From Octopus vulgaris (taxonomy: Eukaryota), in assembly GCA_951406725.2 (NCBI GenBank), contig OX597825.1, positions 79,546,001 through 79,610,000 on the forward strand: a stretch of DNA of 64,000 nucleotides. Direction: 5' to 3'. Position numbers and translations under genes: made by a program. This document shows, in pieces, positions 12,826-26,517 of the stretch (position 1 is the first letter of the stretch; the number at the start of each line of letters is the position of its first letter). A model generated the notes under the pieces. That model made no database searches. It had not been told where the DNA came from and saw nothing but the letters and a program-made list of their open reading frames with translations.

Positions 12826-12826
<1 letters not shown>
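12633..12826 (-). mobile_element. RTE-clade LINE 3' end inside a (TA)n tract
   Basis: EKDIMLGMVSGKRGRDRPRTRWLDTIKSDKGMDVANLKEAAQDRTDWRTLIQRVTESRLRL is the typical RTE/BovB-like ORF C-terminus. Confidence 0.85.
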
Positions 12827-12869
<43 letters not shown>

Positions 12870-13435
12870 AGCACTCATACATATTCATTCATACAAAGAT
12901 ATCTACATATAAAAAACGCGCGCGCACGCACACACACGCGTATATTAAGGACATATACGACAATTAACAAGAAGGACAAGAAGCAGTTAAGGATAACTTC
13001 TTCATCCGGCAACTTTTTTGTTCAGATTCATTACGATGTCGTCGTCGTCGTAATGATCCGGGATAAGAAGTCGCCAAGACAAGAAAATGAAATCAAGTCT
13101 TACGATTGAAAAAACACAGGACAGAGATATATAAAAGTCTGATGCGAAAACACGAGTTAAAAGATAAAATGTATTAACAAAGACTTGAGACTTTTGACTT
13201 AAGACAGACTTTTGACTTAAGACAGCGACAAACAACGTCGAGGATGCGAGTGCAGAAGAAAATTAGAAGAAAAAAAAAAAGATTTCCGTCTGAATAGGAC
13301 TTAGAAGTGTTGGACGTCTATGGTCAGTGCAAAGCTCGCGAGAAATAAAGAATGATAGAAAGAAATGGTAAGATCAGGAAGGTCTGAAAGATTAATGCTT
13401 TTAATTTCTAATCGTAGTTAAAAAAAAAAAAATTA

Positions 13436-13850
13436 GGCGCAGGAGTAGCTGTGTGGTAAGTAGCTTGCTTACTAACCACATGGTTCTGGGTTCAGTCCCA
13501 CTGCGTGGCACCTTGGGCAAGTGTCTTCTACTATAGCCTCGGGCCGACCAAAGCCTTGTGAGTGGATTTGGTAGAAGGAAACTGAAAGAAGCCCGTCGTA
13601 TATATGTATATGTATATGTATATATATGTGTGTGTGTGTGTTTGTGTGTCTGTGTTTGTTCCCCCAACATTGCTTGACAACCGATGCTGGTGTGTTTACG
13701 TTCCCGTAACTTAGCGGATCGATAAAAGAGACTGATAAAATAAGTACTAGGCTTACAAAGAATAAGTCCTGGGGTCGATTTGCTCGACTAAAGGAGGTGC
13801 TCCAGCATGGCTGCAGTCAAATGATTGAAACAAGTAAAAGAGTAAAGAGA
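13436..13850 (+). mobile_element. SINE family A, full length, young
   Basis: Complete from ggcgcaggagtagctgtgtggtaag to gaaacaagtaaaagagtaaagag. Confidence 0.9.
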
Positions 13851-15073
13851 GTTATCCTTGATGTTACGTGTACAAACAACTCTTTTCAAACGTTTTAAGA
13901 GATCAAAGATTAGTTAGATTGGAAGATCGCTTCTGAGTGTGTGTGTGTGTTGGTCAAGGAACTTGATGTCCGAACCTGTATTAGGACAATTATCCCAGTC
14001 GGTTAATTAACCCCTCTCCAATATATTAAGACGTTTTAAATCGTCATCTGTTGTCCTCAAGGATTGTCCATGGGTGGCTAAGTCAATTACAGTTTTATGT
14101 GGATTCATTGCTACTGGTTTTGGACCCGTGGAGAGTTTCTCTCTGTGTGTGTGTGTGTGTGTGTGTGTCCGTGTGTGTCCGTCCTATTTCCCTAGATAAG
14201 TGAAAGGATTCTCTGGAGACAATGGATGCTAAAGACGTCCAGAGTTTTAATATGTCTGCTGCTTGTCAACGATTCTGCGATAGACTGCACACTAAAGTGG
14301 CACCAGTGACGAAATAATGAATGTGCGGACCTCTGCATGGTCACTCATCCTACTAGAAAAATCATCGAAATTTCCTTTAACTCAAAGCGTATCATCTTCA
14401 AAAACGAACACGCAGAATGATGTAACATCGGGTTCTTTGAATACAAGGAAAAACGTGTTTATAGCCTGAATGTGTTAAGATCATAGTTTTGGTCGATCAA
14501 TGCTGAGCTGGAGCTAAATAATAACAATTGCATCGGTAACACGTATACAATTTATAAATCCAATTCTAGACAAAACAACTGAGTAATTCATTATTTTGTT
14601 TGTTAGTTATTTTTTCTTTAATCCCCGCTCTCCATCCCCCGAAAAATCGCAAATCAAAACCCGAACGGCAATCTGTTGGATGTATTTTATCACAAAAAAG
14701 ATTCTGTAATTTCCTGCAACTGGTGAGAGATGAATTGAATTGTAAATTGTTTTCTTAACAATCGGAACATTTCTCTCAAAATCTGAGAGATTCGAAAGAG
14801 ATTGTAAGGCAGTATTGAGTGACATCTTGTAGTGATATGTAAATGGAGATCCAAGCTAAGGAAATTAACAGCCACAGCTGGGCCAGTCACGTCGTCTGTG
14901 TAGATTACAAGGGAAGAGAGAGAACGAAATAGATGAGGTGGGTTGGTGGGGGGGGGGCATGGAGACAGACAAACTGACAGATAAGGAAAGCAAGGTTGAG
15001 GGGGAAGAGAGACCACCCTTATAGAACTGTCGAGAGAGAGAGGAAAGAGAGAGGGACAAAGCCTGATGGAGAC

Positions 15074-15130
<57 letters not shown>

Positions 15131-15817
15131 TAGAGAGAGAGAATGTGTGAGGGAAAGAGAGATGATCATCATAGAAGTGAGGAGAGAAGGGGGAAAGAAG
15201 TAGTTAGATATAGTATGAATGAGAGAGAAGCCATTCACATACATTTGCTTAGAGAGAGAGAAAGAGAGAGAGAGAAGGAAGGAAGGAAGGAAGGAAGGAT
15301 GGAAGGAAAAGAGAGAGAGAGGGCAATAGAAACAGATAGAGAGACAAAGAAATAGATAGACACGCAGACACACACACACACACAGGTAGTCACACTAACA
15401 CTCAGACAAAGAGAGAGAGAGAGAGAGAGAAAGAGAAAGAGAGAGAGGAGAGAAAGAGGAAAAGAGAGGAGAGAGAGAGGGGGAGAGAGAGACATGCACC
15501 CACAGAGACAGACAGACAGGCAGTCGGAAAGAGAATGAGAAGAGACCACCCTTAAAGAATTGTTTAGCTGGGCAAATAACTAGAACAAGCTGTCATGGGG
15601 CAATAAAGTCACTATTTTACATCAAATGTAAACATACATGCGTAAATATACATACATACAAACATAATATATATATATATATATATATATACATATTTAT
15701 TTATACACCCATTTTTTATGTATGACATCGTATAAATGTCATCTATAAAAACCACATCTAATACATCAACATCGATGCACACATGTATATGTATGTATGT
15801 ATGTATGTATATACATG

Positions 15818-15890
<73 letters not shown>

Positions 15891-15891
<1 letters not shown>

Positions 15892-16003
15892 GGTGGCTGT
15901 GTGGTAAGTAGCTTGCTTAACAACCACATGGTTCCGGGTTCAGTCCCACTGACAAAAGCCTTGTGAATCGATTTGATAGACGGAAAATGAAAGAAGCCCG
16001 TCG

Positions 16004-16045
<42 letters not shown>

Positions 16046-16188
16046 TGTCTCCCAACATCGCTTGACAACCGATAAAATAAGTACTAGGCTTACAAAGAAT
16101 AAGTCCTTAGGTCGATTTGCTTGACTAAAGGCGGTGACAAAAGCCTTGTGAATCGATTTGATAGACGGAAAATGAAAGAAGCCCGTCG

Positions 16189-16282
<94 letters not shown>

Positions 16283-16385
16283 TGTCTCCCAACATCGCTT
16301 GACAACCGATAAAATAAGTACTAGGCTTACAAAGAATAAGTCCTTAGGTCGATTTGCTTGACTAAAGGCGGTGCTCCAGCATGGC
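15891..16385 (+). mobile_element. SINE family A with internal deletion and tandem duplication of the body
   Basis: gacaaaagccttgtgaatcg..ctaaaggcggt occurs at 15951 and 16136; the copies differ only in microsatellite length. Confidence 0.85.
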
Positions 16386-17899
16386 CTTGCACAGCCATAT
16401 TGACCTCTAGGGGTCAATGCTGAACACTTTGCTGAGCCCTAGTTTTGTCCCATGCAGGATCAGACATGATTAAATAAACCAATAGATAAAGACATTCCAA
16501 CCTTGACCATTTCATCTTGTTGCCAGACACTGCATTTAATTCCTTATTATCTAATCATGTTTTGTTCTATGTGTGAAAGAGTTCAAATCCCTCTGAGATT
16601 ATCTTTGCCATTCATTCTGTCAAGGTCAATAAAAAAAGTACCAATATAGCGCGGTGTACTGGCGGAACAGTTAGACGATCGGGAGAGTTTTGTTGTATGT
16701 TTTGAATTTTCCTGATCTGAGTTCAAATTCCACTGAGGTCAACTTTGATATTCATTCTTTCGGGGATCGCTAAAAAAGGGACCAAACTCGGACGGCTGGC
16801 TGGCGGAACTGCTAGGAAATCGGGTGAAATGCCTTGCGGTATTTGTTGTGGTTCTTTGCATTCTGATAGCAACACCTGTGACGACACTGGTACCAAGCTG
16901 TATCGGCCCTAAAACGGCGAATTTCGGTGATGCAGAGAAGAAAGACTTGCAGGCGTACGGGCAACTGCTAGTCTTCCTAAAAAAATTTTTTTTAAAAGTC
17001 TTGCTCCAGCCTGTTCATACACGTACAGACGCCTGGCCAGCCTTGATCAACCAAGGCCTTCTGATGGTGTGATGTAAGGGGCATTACGCTGCTCAAAACG
17101 TAAGGGGCAGGAAGAAATGTTGTTACACATTTTGTCTTACACGATAACGATTCTGCAAACCTTTGGACAGAGACGTTCCAGCTTTGACGCTCCAGCCTGT
17201 CATCCTGACACGCGCTCCTTGAACTGCATTGAGTTTTCTAATTCAGTTGCATGTAATTTAAAGAAAATTTGGTTGTTTTCTCTAGCCCTAAGCACAATAG
17301 CAGACATAGTCGCTCCAACCTTAGCAATTTCTTCTTTCTTCTAACACAATTCTCGAAAGACTTCATTGTCTAACGTGTCCTTCTCTTCTAAATTGACAAG
17401 GTGTATTTTGAAATAAATTCGACTGCTATATCTGGCAGATCGAAGAATCATATAACGCCTCCCTCGTTTGCTCATTACTCAATTTTATTAATTTTTTTTA
17501 TTACAGTCTGTCAAATTTGGTCAGGTACCACTCCCTGAAGACTGCATTCGTCATAGATATCATTCCTTAGCTATAACTGTCTCAATATCTGAAATGAATA
17601 ATTATTAATAAAATTGTAATATTTTGGCTCTGTTAGCCCCATCTATAAAGATGGAAAGGATTTTGATATTTATATCGATATCATGTTTCAGCCGGTCTTT
17701 GATTGCGTCAGATATCTTGTTCCTGAATGTGTGCATAATAGCAGAATGTATTTTGACTTAGTGCTTTTATTTATAAACCAAAGCTAACAACTCTCTTATC
17801 CAACAGTCCACTGGGACTAATAAGAAAGTGCTTTAGAGGGTTGTAGTTCGAAACATAATGGTGTATCAGGGAAATGTTTAACATGGAATGTTGAGAATG

Positions 17900-19188
17900 A
17901 CTAAATGAGTAGAAGTGTGGATAATACGAAGGCTTGACTCAGTGGGATTAATAAAAAGAAACAAAAAACTTCCTAATTGGATTCGGTTTCCTTACAAGAG
18001 TGTCATATGTCAACCTCGATGTAAAAAGAACACACAAATAATTCGTAGGTGTGCATTAAGTACAAAGGCGGTGTCTTCGGCTCACAGATACGTTTTTGAG
18101 TTGTTGTAGGCATGAAGAAATTTGTCAGATCTAATCCGCCTCCTCCGAGATATCGCGTTCGTCGTGTCAAAAATATAAAGTTGACGAAGAAAAGGAGCTT
18201 TCGTTTCACTTAGAAGTGAGATGGATTTCATGAGGTAATGTAATAACTTGAACTGCAGAGATGAAATATGAACCAAAAGAATACTTTTCAAGAAATCAGA
18301 AAGATAGCGCCATCAAATTTTTTTCTGACACCAATTGGAAGGCATAGCTGGTTTACATGAATAGTATTTTCTTACGACTCATTGCAGTAAACAAGAGAGT
18401 TCAAGGCAACCGAGCTACCGTTAGAGATTGTGTCAACAAATTAAAGTAATTCTGGATGTAATTTGAGTTGTTGATCGAAAAACTTGAAGGCGCGTCGTTG
18501 TGACGTTTTTGAGAATATGAGTGAAAAATTTACTGCACTGGAAGCAAAGAACATCCATCAAATCTGTATGCTGGCCCAGAAGTATTTTATTTATCTACAC
18601 AAGGAATTAGGTTTCTATTTTCCCGATATTAGTGAACTGGATTATCGTCTCTTTCAAAATCCCTTCGGAATCAATATCAGATCAGTTCCGAACAAACTAG
18701 CAAGGTAGATTTGTGAAATTTATAAATGACTTCACGGTCAAAGATCTTCTTAACCCTCGTCACTTTCCTTAGTAATATTCTGGTGTTCCCCCGTGGTGTC
18801 TTACTTATGTATAGCTAAAAAAACCCAACAAATCTGTGGAAAGCCTTTTGTTGTTCCTACCCACTTACCTTTGCGAACACGGTTTTTCTTTTTTGCCACC
18901 AATGTGTATTGCCAAAAACTAATTTCGAACAGGAGTGTCAGCTAAGAATGATACGTGGGTGTTTCTCTGAAACTGTGGCTATTCTTGGGTTACTTGTTAG
19001 AAAGAGCCAAACTCATCAATCTTATTAGAAATGAAATATTAAATTAAATGAAATCACTAACAAATAACATATGTCTATTGTTTGTTCTACTGCACCCATA
19101 CATTTTAACATATGTTTTTCACAAGCGTTACACAAAGAGCGACGGAGAGAACGAACGGGTACACCAGACGAAAAAATTGAGAACCCTT
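17900..19188 (+). mobile_element. Decayed hAT (Buster/ZBED5-like) transposase 3' part and right end
   Basis: LFLPTYLCEHGFS at about 18850-18890 matches the hAT dimerisation motif; terminus aaaaattgagaaccc; many stops; left boundary approximate. Confidence 0.7.
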
Positions 19189-19311
19189 TATATAGAATAT
19201 CAATTTAGAATAGAAGAGTTCTCAGATCTTGAAGAAAGGGTTTAGCATTTAGATAGTTTCAACCATGTTATTTGCTAAAAATATTGGAATGACCACCAGA
19301 GAGAGTGTGAG

Positions 19312-20550
19312 ATATAAGGAGTGTTCATTAAAGATGTCCCCTGACCCTCTTCCCGAGGACTGGGATAAACGAAACTTGGCATAATTATTAGACCTTCTCT
19401 ACATAGCCACCACCAACGGTGACACACTTCTCCCATCGCCTTATGCTGCTGTGAAGGCCTCGTCCGTAGAAGTCGGTAGGTTGCGTCTGGAGTCAAGACT
19501 TTACTTCGGAAATAAGTTCATCATCTGAAAAGTCTTTTCCTTTCAAAAAAGACTTCATGGCTGGAAAGAGGTGGAAACTCAGATGGTGCGAGGTTGGGAC
19601 ACTAAGGAAGATGAGGAAAGATTTCACAGCCGCAGGAGTGTACTTTCATCTGGGCAACATGCGCATTGTGAACTGGGGCGTTGTCTCGGAGGAGGCGAAC
19701 TCCTTTGGTCAGCAAGCCACGCCTCTCTGCTTTGATGGCGTCCCGCAATTTCGACAGCAGAGAAGCATAATATACTCCGTTAACTGTGGTGCCCTTTGCC
19801 AAAAAATCCATCATCACTACTCTGCACTGGTCCCAAAAGACTGTGAGCATCACCTTGCCTGCTGAGGGTTTGACACGAGTTTTCTTTGGAGGTGACGAGT
19901 TATGATGCTTCCATTGCTTCGACTGGACATTTGCCTCAGGATCATAGTAATGGAGCCATGTTTCATCCTATGTGATAAGTCTGCCGGATAAGTCCTTCTC
20001 ATCTTCTTGGCACATTGCCGAATGAAGCTGGGAGCAATTGACTTGTTCCTGCTTCTGAAAAGGTGTGAGCATCCGGGGAATCCATCATGCAGACAACTTC
20101 CGCATGTGCAAATGGTCATGAATGATCTTTTTTTTACGGACCCTATACTTATCTTCACTTCTTGGGCTAGTTCCCGAATAGTTACGCCGCAATCCTCGAA
20201 AAAGGCGGTTTCCACTTTATGGATGGTGTCGTCATCAATGGCGGAATGTGGTCGTCCAGGAATAGGAGTAGTTTCCACCGATGTCCGATCGTATTTGAAC
20301 TGACGATGCCAATGCTTGACTACGTCGTATGATGGCGCATCGTCACCATAAATTTCTTTCATCTCGTCGAAAGTCTCTTTTGGTGTCCCACCTTTTAAGT
20401 ATAAGAACCTGATCACTGATCTGCATTCAGCGGCCTCCATTATAACACTTTAGTGCACTTCAGCAGTCGTAAAAGACTAACGGATACTATTGGAAAGCTG
20501 CAATTTGAAATGTATAATTATACCTGTATAATACCATGTATAATTATACC
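19312..20550 (-). pseudogene. Near-complete, frameshifted mariner transposase/element
   Basis: ORF pieces MEAAECRSVIRFLYLKG..WHRQFK..GRP and MLTVFWD..DNAPVH..HLP match the mariner HTH plus catalytic domain, ending GGYVEK; only one plausible TIR (about 19312) is visible. Confidence 0.9.
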
Positions 20551-20669
20551 TGTACAAGTTCCGTTGTACAGGTAGAATTGCCCAAGGTGTCACACTGTGG
20601 GACTGAACCCGGGATCATGCGGTTGAAAAGGAAGCTTCTTACCATACAGCCATACAGCCACGCCAGCGC

Positions 20670-20736
<67 letters not shown>

Positions 20737-21283
20737 GTGGGTAGCTAAATGGATGGATGGATAGATAGATAGATATATTATATAGGTAGGTAGTTGCAAT
20801 CTACTAACTAAAGTATTTGCATATAGATTTTTGTATACGTTTTTATGTGTGTATGTGTACATGATTGTGCATATCTGCATTATGAGGGTGAGTGAGAGGC
20901 TAAATGATAGAGTTCGACAAAAAAGAGCCTACATAATGCTGACTGTTGTGGAAACAATCTTTTTAAAACTACGTATGGTGTCAGAAATACTCTAATGAGA
21001 GAATGTACTAAGATGACGTTTGATATAGATCGGTCCTAAACAATAATTAGATAGCATAAACTGAAAGATTAAACAGGCTGAGTAAACGAAATGAGAAATA
21101 TTGTAATGTTAGCTGCGCATAAGCATGTGCCATTATGTTAAGCGTTCTTCCATGTGTATGATGTATGTGCGTGTGTATGCATGTGTACATGTATGTGTAC
21201 ATGTATGTGTACATGTATGTGTACATGTATTTGTGTATGCATTTATACGCACACATATACGTTTATATATATATTAAATATCT

Positions 21284-21707
<424 letters not shown>

Positions 21708-22135
21708 TGATGTGTGCTGTATGTGAGTGTGTGTGTGTGTGTGTGTGGTTGTTGTGTTTGTGCGTACTTACATTAGCGTGTATATGTGCGCATGAGCGAA
21801 TGCGCGCGTGTGTGCGTATGCGCATACATGTTTCTATGTGTATTTCAATACTTATGCTATTTATTAACATGCGATGCAACGTGAACTCTTCTGACGTCAC
21901 CTTACCAAAGGTCACATGCCGCTTTAAGGTGGAGCTATATAGATTGTTATCGTAATATAACTGACAGTTTCAGTCAGAGACAAGCTTTGATAGCGGCGGG
22001 GGAGAAGGAGGAGGGGTAAGGCCCTGCAGTGGAAATAACAAGTAAAATATGCGTGGATATTTTATGTCAGTGCAATTATATTAAAATAAATTGAATAATT
22101 TGATAAAATAAACTTCCATACGCCATCATTTACCA

Positions 22136-22204
<69 letters not shown>

Positions 22205-22442
22205 AAGTTAATCCAAACAAGAAAACACAGAAAAAAAGAGAAAAAAACACAGCAACGCAGGACGTGGAACAATTAAAGTATTATTGACGCTCAGGAAAGA
22301 AGGGAAGGAGGGTTTAACGTTTCGAGCGGAGCTCTTCGTCGGAAACAAGGAGAAGGAAAGACCCCAAGAAGGGAAGACAGAGGAGACAATATTTGAGCTG
22401 GTGGTGCTTAAGAGATCACATGTTGAAAAGAACAGAATTTGG

Positions 22443-22445
<3 letters not shown>
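22205..22445 (-). mobile_element. Penelope-like short element with HHR-like motif (CCGACGA variant, about 22312-22346)
   Basis: Minus strand: gttt-ccgacga-agagc-tcc-gctc-gaaac-gtt-aaac; same family as 26225-26438 and 60120-60310; both sides are (TA)n. Confidence 0.65.
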
Positions 22446-22482
<37 letters not shown>

Positions 22483-22485
22483 CTT

Positions 22486-22567
<82 letters not shown>

Positions 22568-22909
22568 CAGATAGATAAAACTTGCTTGGAAAAGGATGCG
22601 TGGCGTTCGATCATATAATAATATAAATATATGCATGTACATATATATATATCTACATATATATATATGGGTACAGATATATATGTGTGTGTGTGTGTAG
22701 GAATGGCTGTGTGGTAAGTAGCTTGCTTACCAACCACATTGTTCTGGGTTCAGTCCCACTGCGTGGCACCTTGGGCAAGTGTCTTTTACTACAGCCTCGG
22801 GGTGACCAAAGCCTTGTGAGTGGATTTGGTAGACGGAAACTGACAGAAACCCGCCGTATGTGTGTATGTATATAATTCCAAGAAAGTTGGACACACATAC
22901 ATACATACA

Positions 22910-22940
<31 letters not shown>

Positions 22941-22945
22941 GTATA

Positions 22946-23678
22946 CAAGGTGTCCCAAAAGTTACTGAAGGGTTTCAATTTTTAACTTCCTTAACTCTAC
23001 AAATAAATGCATGAACTTTTGATACAATATAAAGGACATGATGGAAATTAATATGCACAAGTCAAATTTTACAAGATCACAACATCACATATGTAAAATG
23101 ACGTCGTTTAAATGGCAGCCATTTTCGGCTTCGCATGCCCGTACTCTTTCCAAAACTTGTACCATAACACCCTCAAGAGTAGCCAGAGATTTTTCTCTCT
23201 CCCAAGCATTGCCGTAGCAACTGCATTGTTTCTCTTGCGGTATAAGCAGTTGCCTCATTTTTCTGGAATCATATGTGGGGTCTACTTTGAATAGCCTTCA
23301 CGTTCCCAAGACTTGATGAGCCCGGATTTTTTCTTGTGGGGATACCTGAAAGAGAGGGTTTACGTCAACAAACCGGAGACCCTGGTGCAACTGAAGGAGA
23401 ACATCATTAGAGAAATCAGAGAAGTGGGGTCTGAAACTCTTGAGGGTGTTATGGTGAAAGTTTTGGAAAGAGCTCGGGCCTACGAAGTCGAAAATGGCTG
23501 CCATTTAAGCGATGTCATTTTTGAATATGTGATGTAGCGGTCTTGTAAAATTTGACTTGTGCATATTAATTTCTATTATGTCCTTTATATTGCATCAAAA
23601 TTTCATGCATCTATTTGTAAAGTTAAGTTATTAAGTTATTAAAAAGTGAAACCATTCAGGGACTTTTGGGACACCCTG
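22946..23678. mobile_element. Tc1/mariner-superfamily non-autonomous element with about 235-bp TIRs
   Basis: ta-caaggtgtcccaaaag.. / ..cttttgggacaccctg-ta; arms 22946-23180 and 23436-23678; internal SPDFFLWGYLKERVYVNKPETLVQLKENI is a transposase C-terminus. Confidence 0.85.
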
Positions 23679-25446
23679 TATATGTGAATATAGAAATGAG
23701 AATCAAGTTAGGCAAATCAGTTCACATATAATAATATACACACACACATACGTTTGTGTGTGATTGTATATATTTACATACACACACACACGTGTGTGTG
23801 TATACATATTTGTATATAAATATATATATATATGTGTGTGTGTGTGTGCGTGTGTGTGTATTTATCTAACCCTCTGTTTGTCAGTCTATCTCTCAGTATA
23901 TACATACACGCGCACACACACGCACAAAACACACACGCGACGATCTTTTGCACAATTACTGTTTCCAGATTTAATCAAAGGACATTGGTTGGTCAGGTGT
24001 TGTAGTAGAAAACACTTTCTTGTTCAAGGTTTTGCATTGTGGGACTGAACCCGAAACCTCATGGTCGCGAAGCAAAATTCTTGGCCACACAGCAATGCCT
24101 GCGTCCATGAAGAGTACGATTTAGGAAAGATTTAGTTGCTATTGCTAGGAGACTGAATGAACTCGTAGAGGCGCCTTCCTTGCTGTCTTGTTTTCATTAA
24201 AGTTAAACAAAATGGTTGCATTTATTGTTGTTGCTGTCTTTATCATTTTTGCTCTCGATCCCCACTCTCGTTTTGTTAAAGGGGAGGGGCAGTACGCCTT
24301 TTTTGTGTGCCAAGACATAATTTGTTTAATATATGTAACCTTTAGGGTGGCGAACTGGCGAGCTGGCACGCCGGGCGAAATGGTTAGCGGTATTTCGCCC
24401 CTCGTTACATTCTGAGTTCAAATTTCGTCGAGATCGACTTTGCCTTTCATCCTTTGGGTATCGATAAAATAAGTACCAGTTGATCACTGGGGGGGGGGGG
24501 GGTCAATGTAATCGACCCTCTTTCGAAATTAGTGGCCTTGTATCAAAATGTGAAACCAATATACGTAGCCTTCATTTAAGACGATACGGTTTAGCTTGAG
24601 AGAGCTTTAGCTACGGTTTCCAGCACGTAGAGCGACCACATAGTGACCAGCCCATTGACTTGTGAATACAGGTTTTTTTGTTTGTTTGTTTGTTTTAAAA
24701 TCTAGTGGAATGATTGCAGCAGTAAATATATAATGTAATAACCTTGTTTCTTGTTATAGAAGGTTCATGGACATATTAGACTCGTCCAAATTGTAGCAGC
24801 GCATATTAATGTAAAAACTGTTTTGCCAGAACTCTGCTTTAAGTACACCATATAAAACCTCATAACTTCTCAATTTTTTTGGAATATTCAGAAAATTTTT
24901 TGAGAATTTGTATTCTACACACAGGGATTTATACGACTAAGAAAAAACATTTTCTTCTTAATTTTTCGAGATTTAAAAAAAAAAAAATAATAATAAATTC
25001 TTCTTTTAAAATTTTTCGATTTAAAAAAAAAATCACAGTATAAAATACGGCCAGTCCGAATTTTTGGTTTAAATTCCAGCAATGGACCATTAAATGTGTT
25101 TATGGGGAGAAGATATTGAAAAACATCAATATGTCAGACTGACAAACAAGCGGGGATGGTATGAGGTAGTTGTGAGATGTGCTAAAAATAACAGCTAAAT
25201 AGCCTTAAATCACGCACCAATTTTTTTTTTACATGATCGCATGAATTCCTTTGTGTAGGATATACATACGCAAAAGTTTTCTTAAAAGTCCCCCAATTTT
25301 TTTTTTAATTACGAGGGGGTTATATGGCGTACTTGAAATAGAATTCCGCCTTATTCATTATTCATTATAATGTTACGCAGTCAGAGCGTTTTATATGGCG
25401 TCAGATAGGTTTCTTGCAGTTGTGATATAAAATATTGATGACTTAC

Positions 25447-25616
25447 CTCAACTGTTACACTTTCATTGGTGGTTCCTTTGCTGAATATGCATTGTCCTGG
25501 ACACAAACCCTTTTTGAGCCGCATATAGGAAAACTCAGCACCGGCCAGGTGAACCGTGACACCGTTGATCTCTGAAATCCTTCCAAATATCTTCTTTTCC
25601 GAATCACTTTTTATAA
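25447..25616 (-). CDS. Exon (170 nt, phase 1-0) of the ADAMTS-like gene, spacer domain
   Basis: ttttcag|TT ATA AAA.. to ..GTT GAG|gtaagt; (V)IKSDSEKKIFGRISEINGVTVHLAGAEFSYMRLKKGLCPGQCIFSKGTTNESVTVE fits the spacer pattern (aGt.F.Y.R...GPT.e.l.v) and joins in frame with both flanking exons. Confidence 0.9.
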
Positions 25617-26224
25617 CTGAAAAAAACCCCAAAAAAACATTGGTTCATTTAATTACGAAGTAGAAAGAAGAATATTGTTAATTATCCAGCAATGGAAATG
25701 GGTTTTAGCATAGCCCTAGTTTTAGGATAACCCTCAAGGCGGTGAGCTGGCAGAATCGTTGCCGCACCGAACAAAATACATAGCAGCATGTCTTCTGGTA
25801 CTTTACGTTCTGAGTTCAAATGCGGCCGAAGTCGACTTTGTATCTTATACTTTCTTGGTCGCTAAAATAAGAACCACTTGTACCCTGGGGTCCATGTAAT
25901 CGACTACCCACCTCCCACGAAATTTCAGACCTTATGCTATAGTAGAAAGAAAAAAAAAACGAGGGTATACCTATATTACGTCCCACCATGCGTGAACATA
26001 TCACACACACGAAAAAAAAATGCTGACAACAGTTTCATCGCATTTAAAAGACAACTTGTGTCAAGTGAGGGAACGACAAGCAGGTGTTTTAGTTTGACGT
26101 TCAGGACGCTTCGAGCCTATCCTCTTCGACGCAAAAAGGAGGAGAGGAAAAAATGGAGAGAGAACAACGAATTAACGGAGAGATGAAAAATGTGTAGGGA
26201 TTAACATAACAAAATGTGTAGGGT

Positions 26225-26436
26225 TTAACGACCGCGTGTGTACCGTTGGTGATCTTTTTTTCCTACGTCTTCTCTTCCTTCGATCTTTCCTTTTTCTATG
26301 TTACTGACGAAGAGCTCCGCTCGAAACGTTAAATCCTCCTTCTTTCTTTCCTTTCCTGAGCGTCCAATAACACTATACTTGTTTCCACGTCCGCGCGTTG
26401 TTGTGTTTTCTCTTTGTGTTTTCATATTTGGATTAA

Positions 26437-26438
<2 letters not shown>
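26225..26438 (+). mobile_element. Penelope-like short element with HHR motif (26304-26330)
   Basis: ctgacga-agagc-tcc-gctc-gaaac-gtt has a canonical CUGANGA core but poor stem I; ends in (TA)n. Confidence 0.65.
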
Positions 26439-26517
<79 letters not shown>

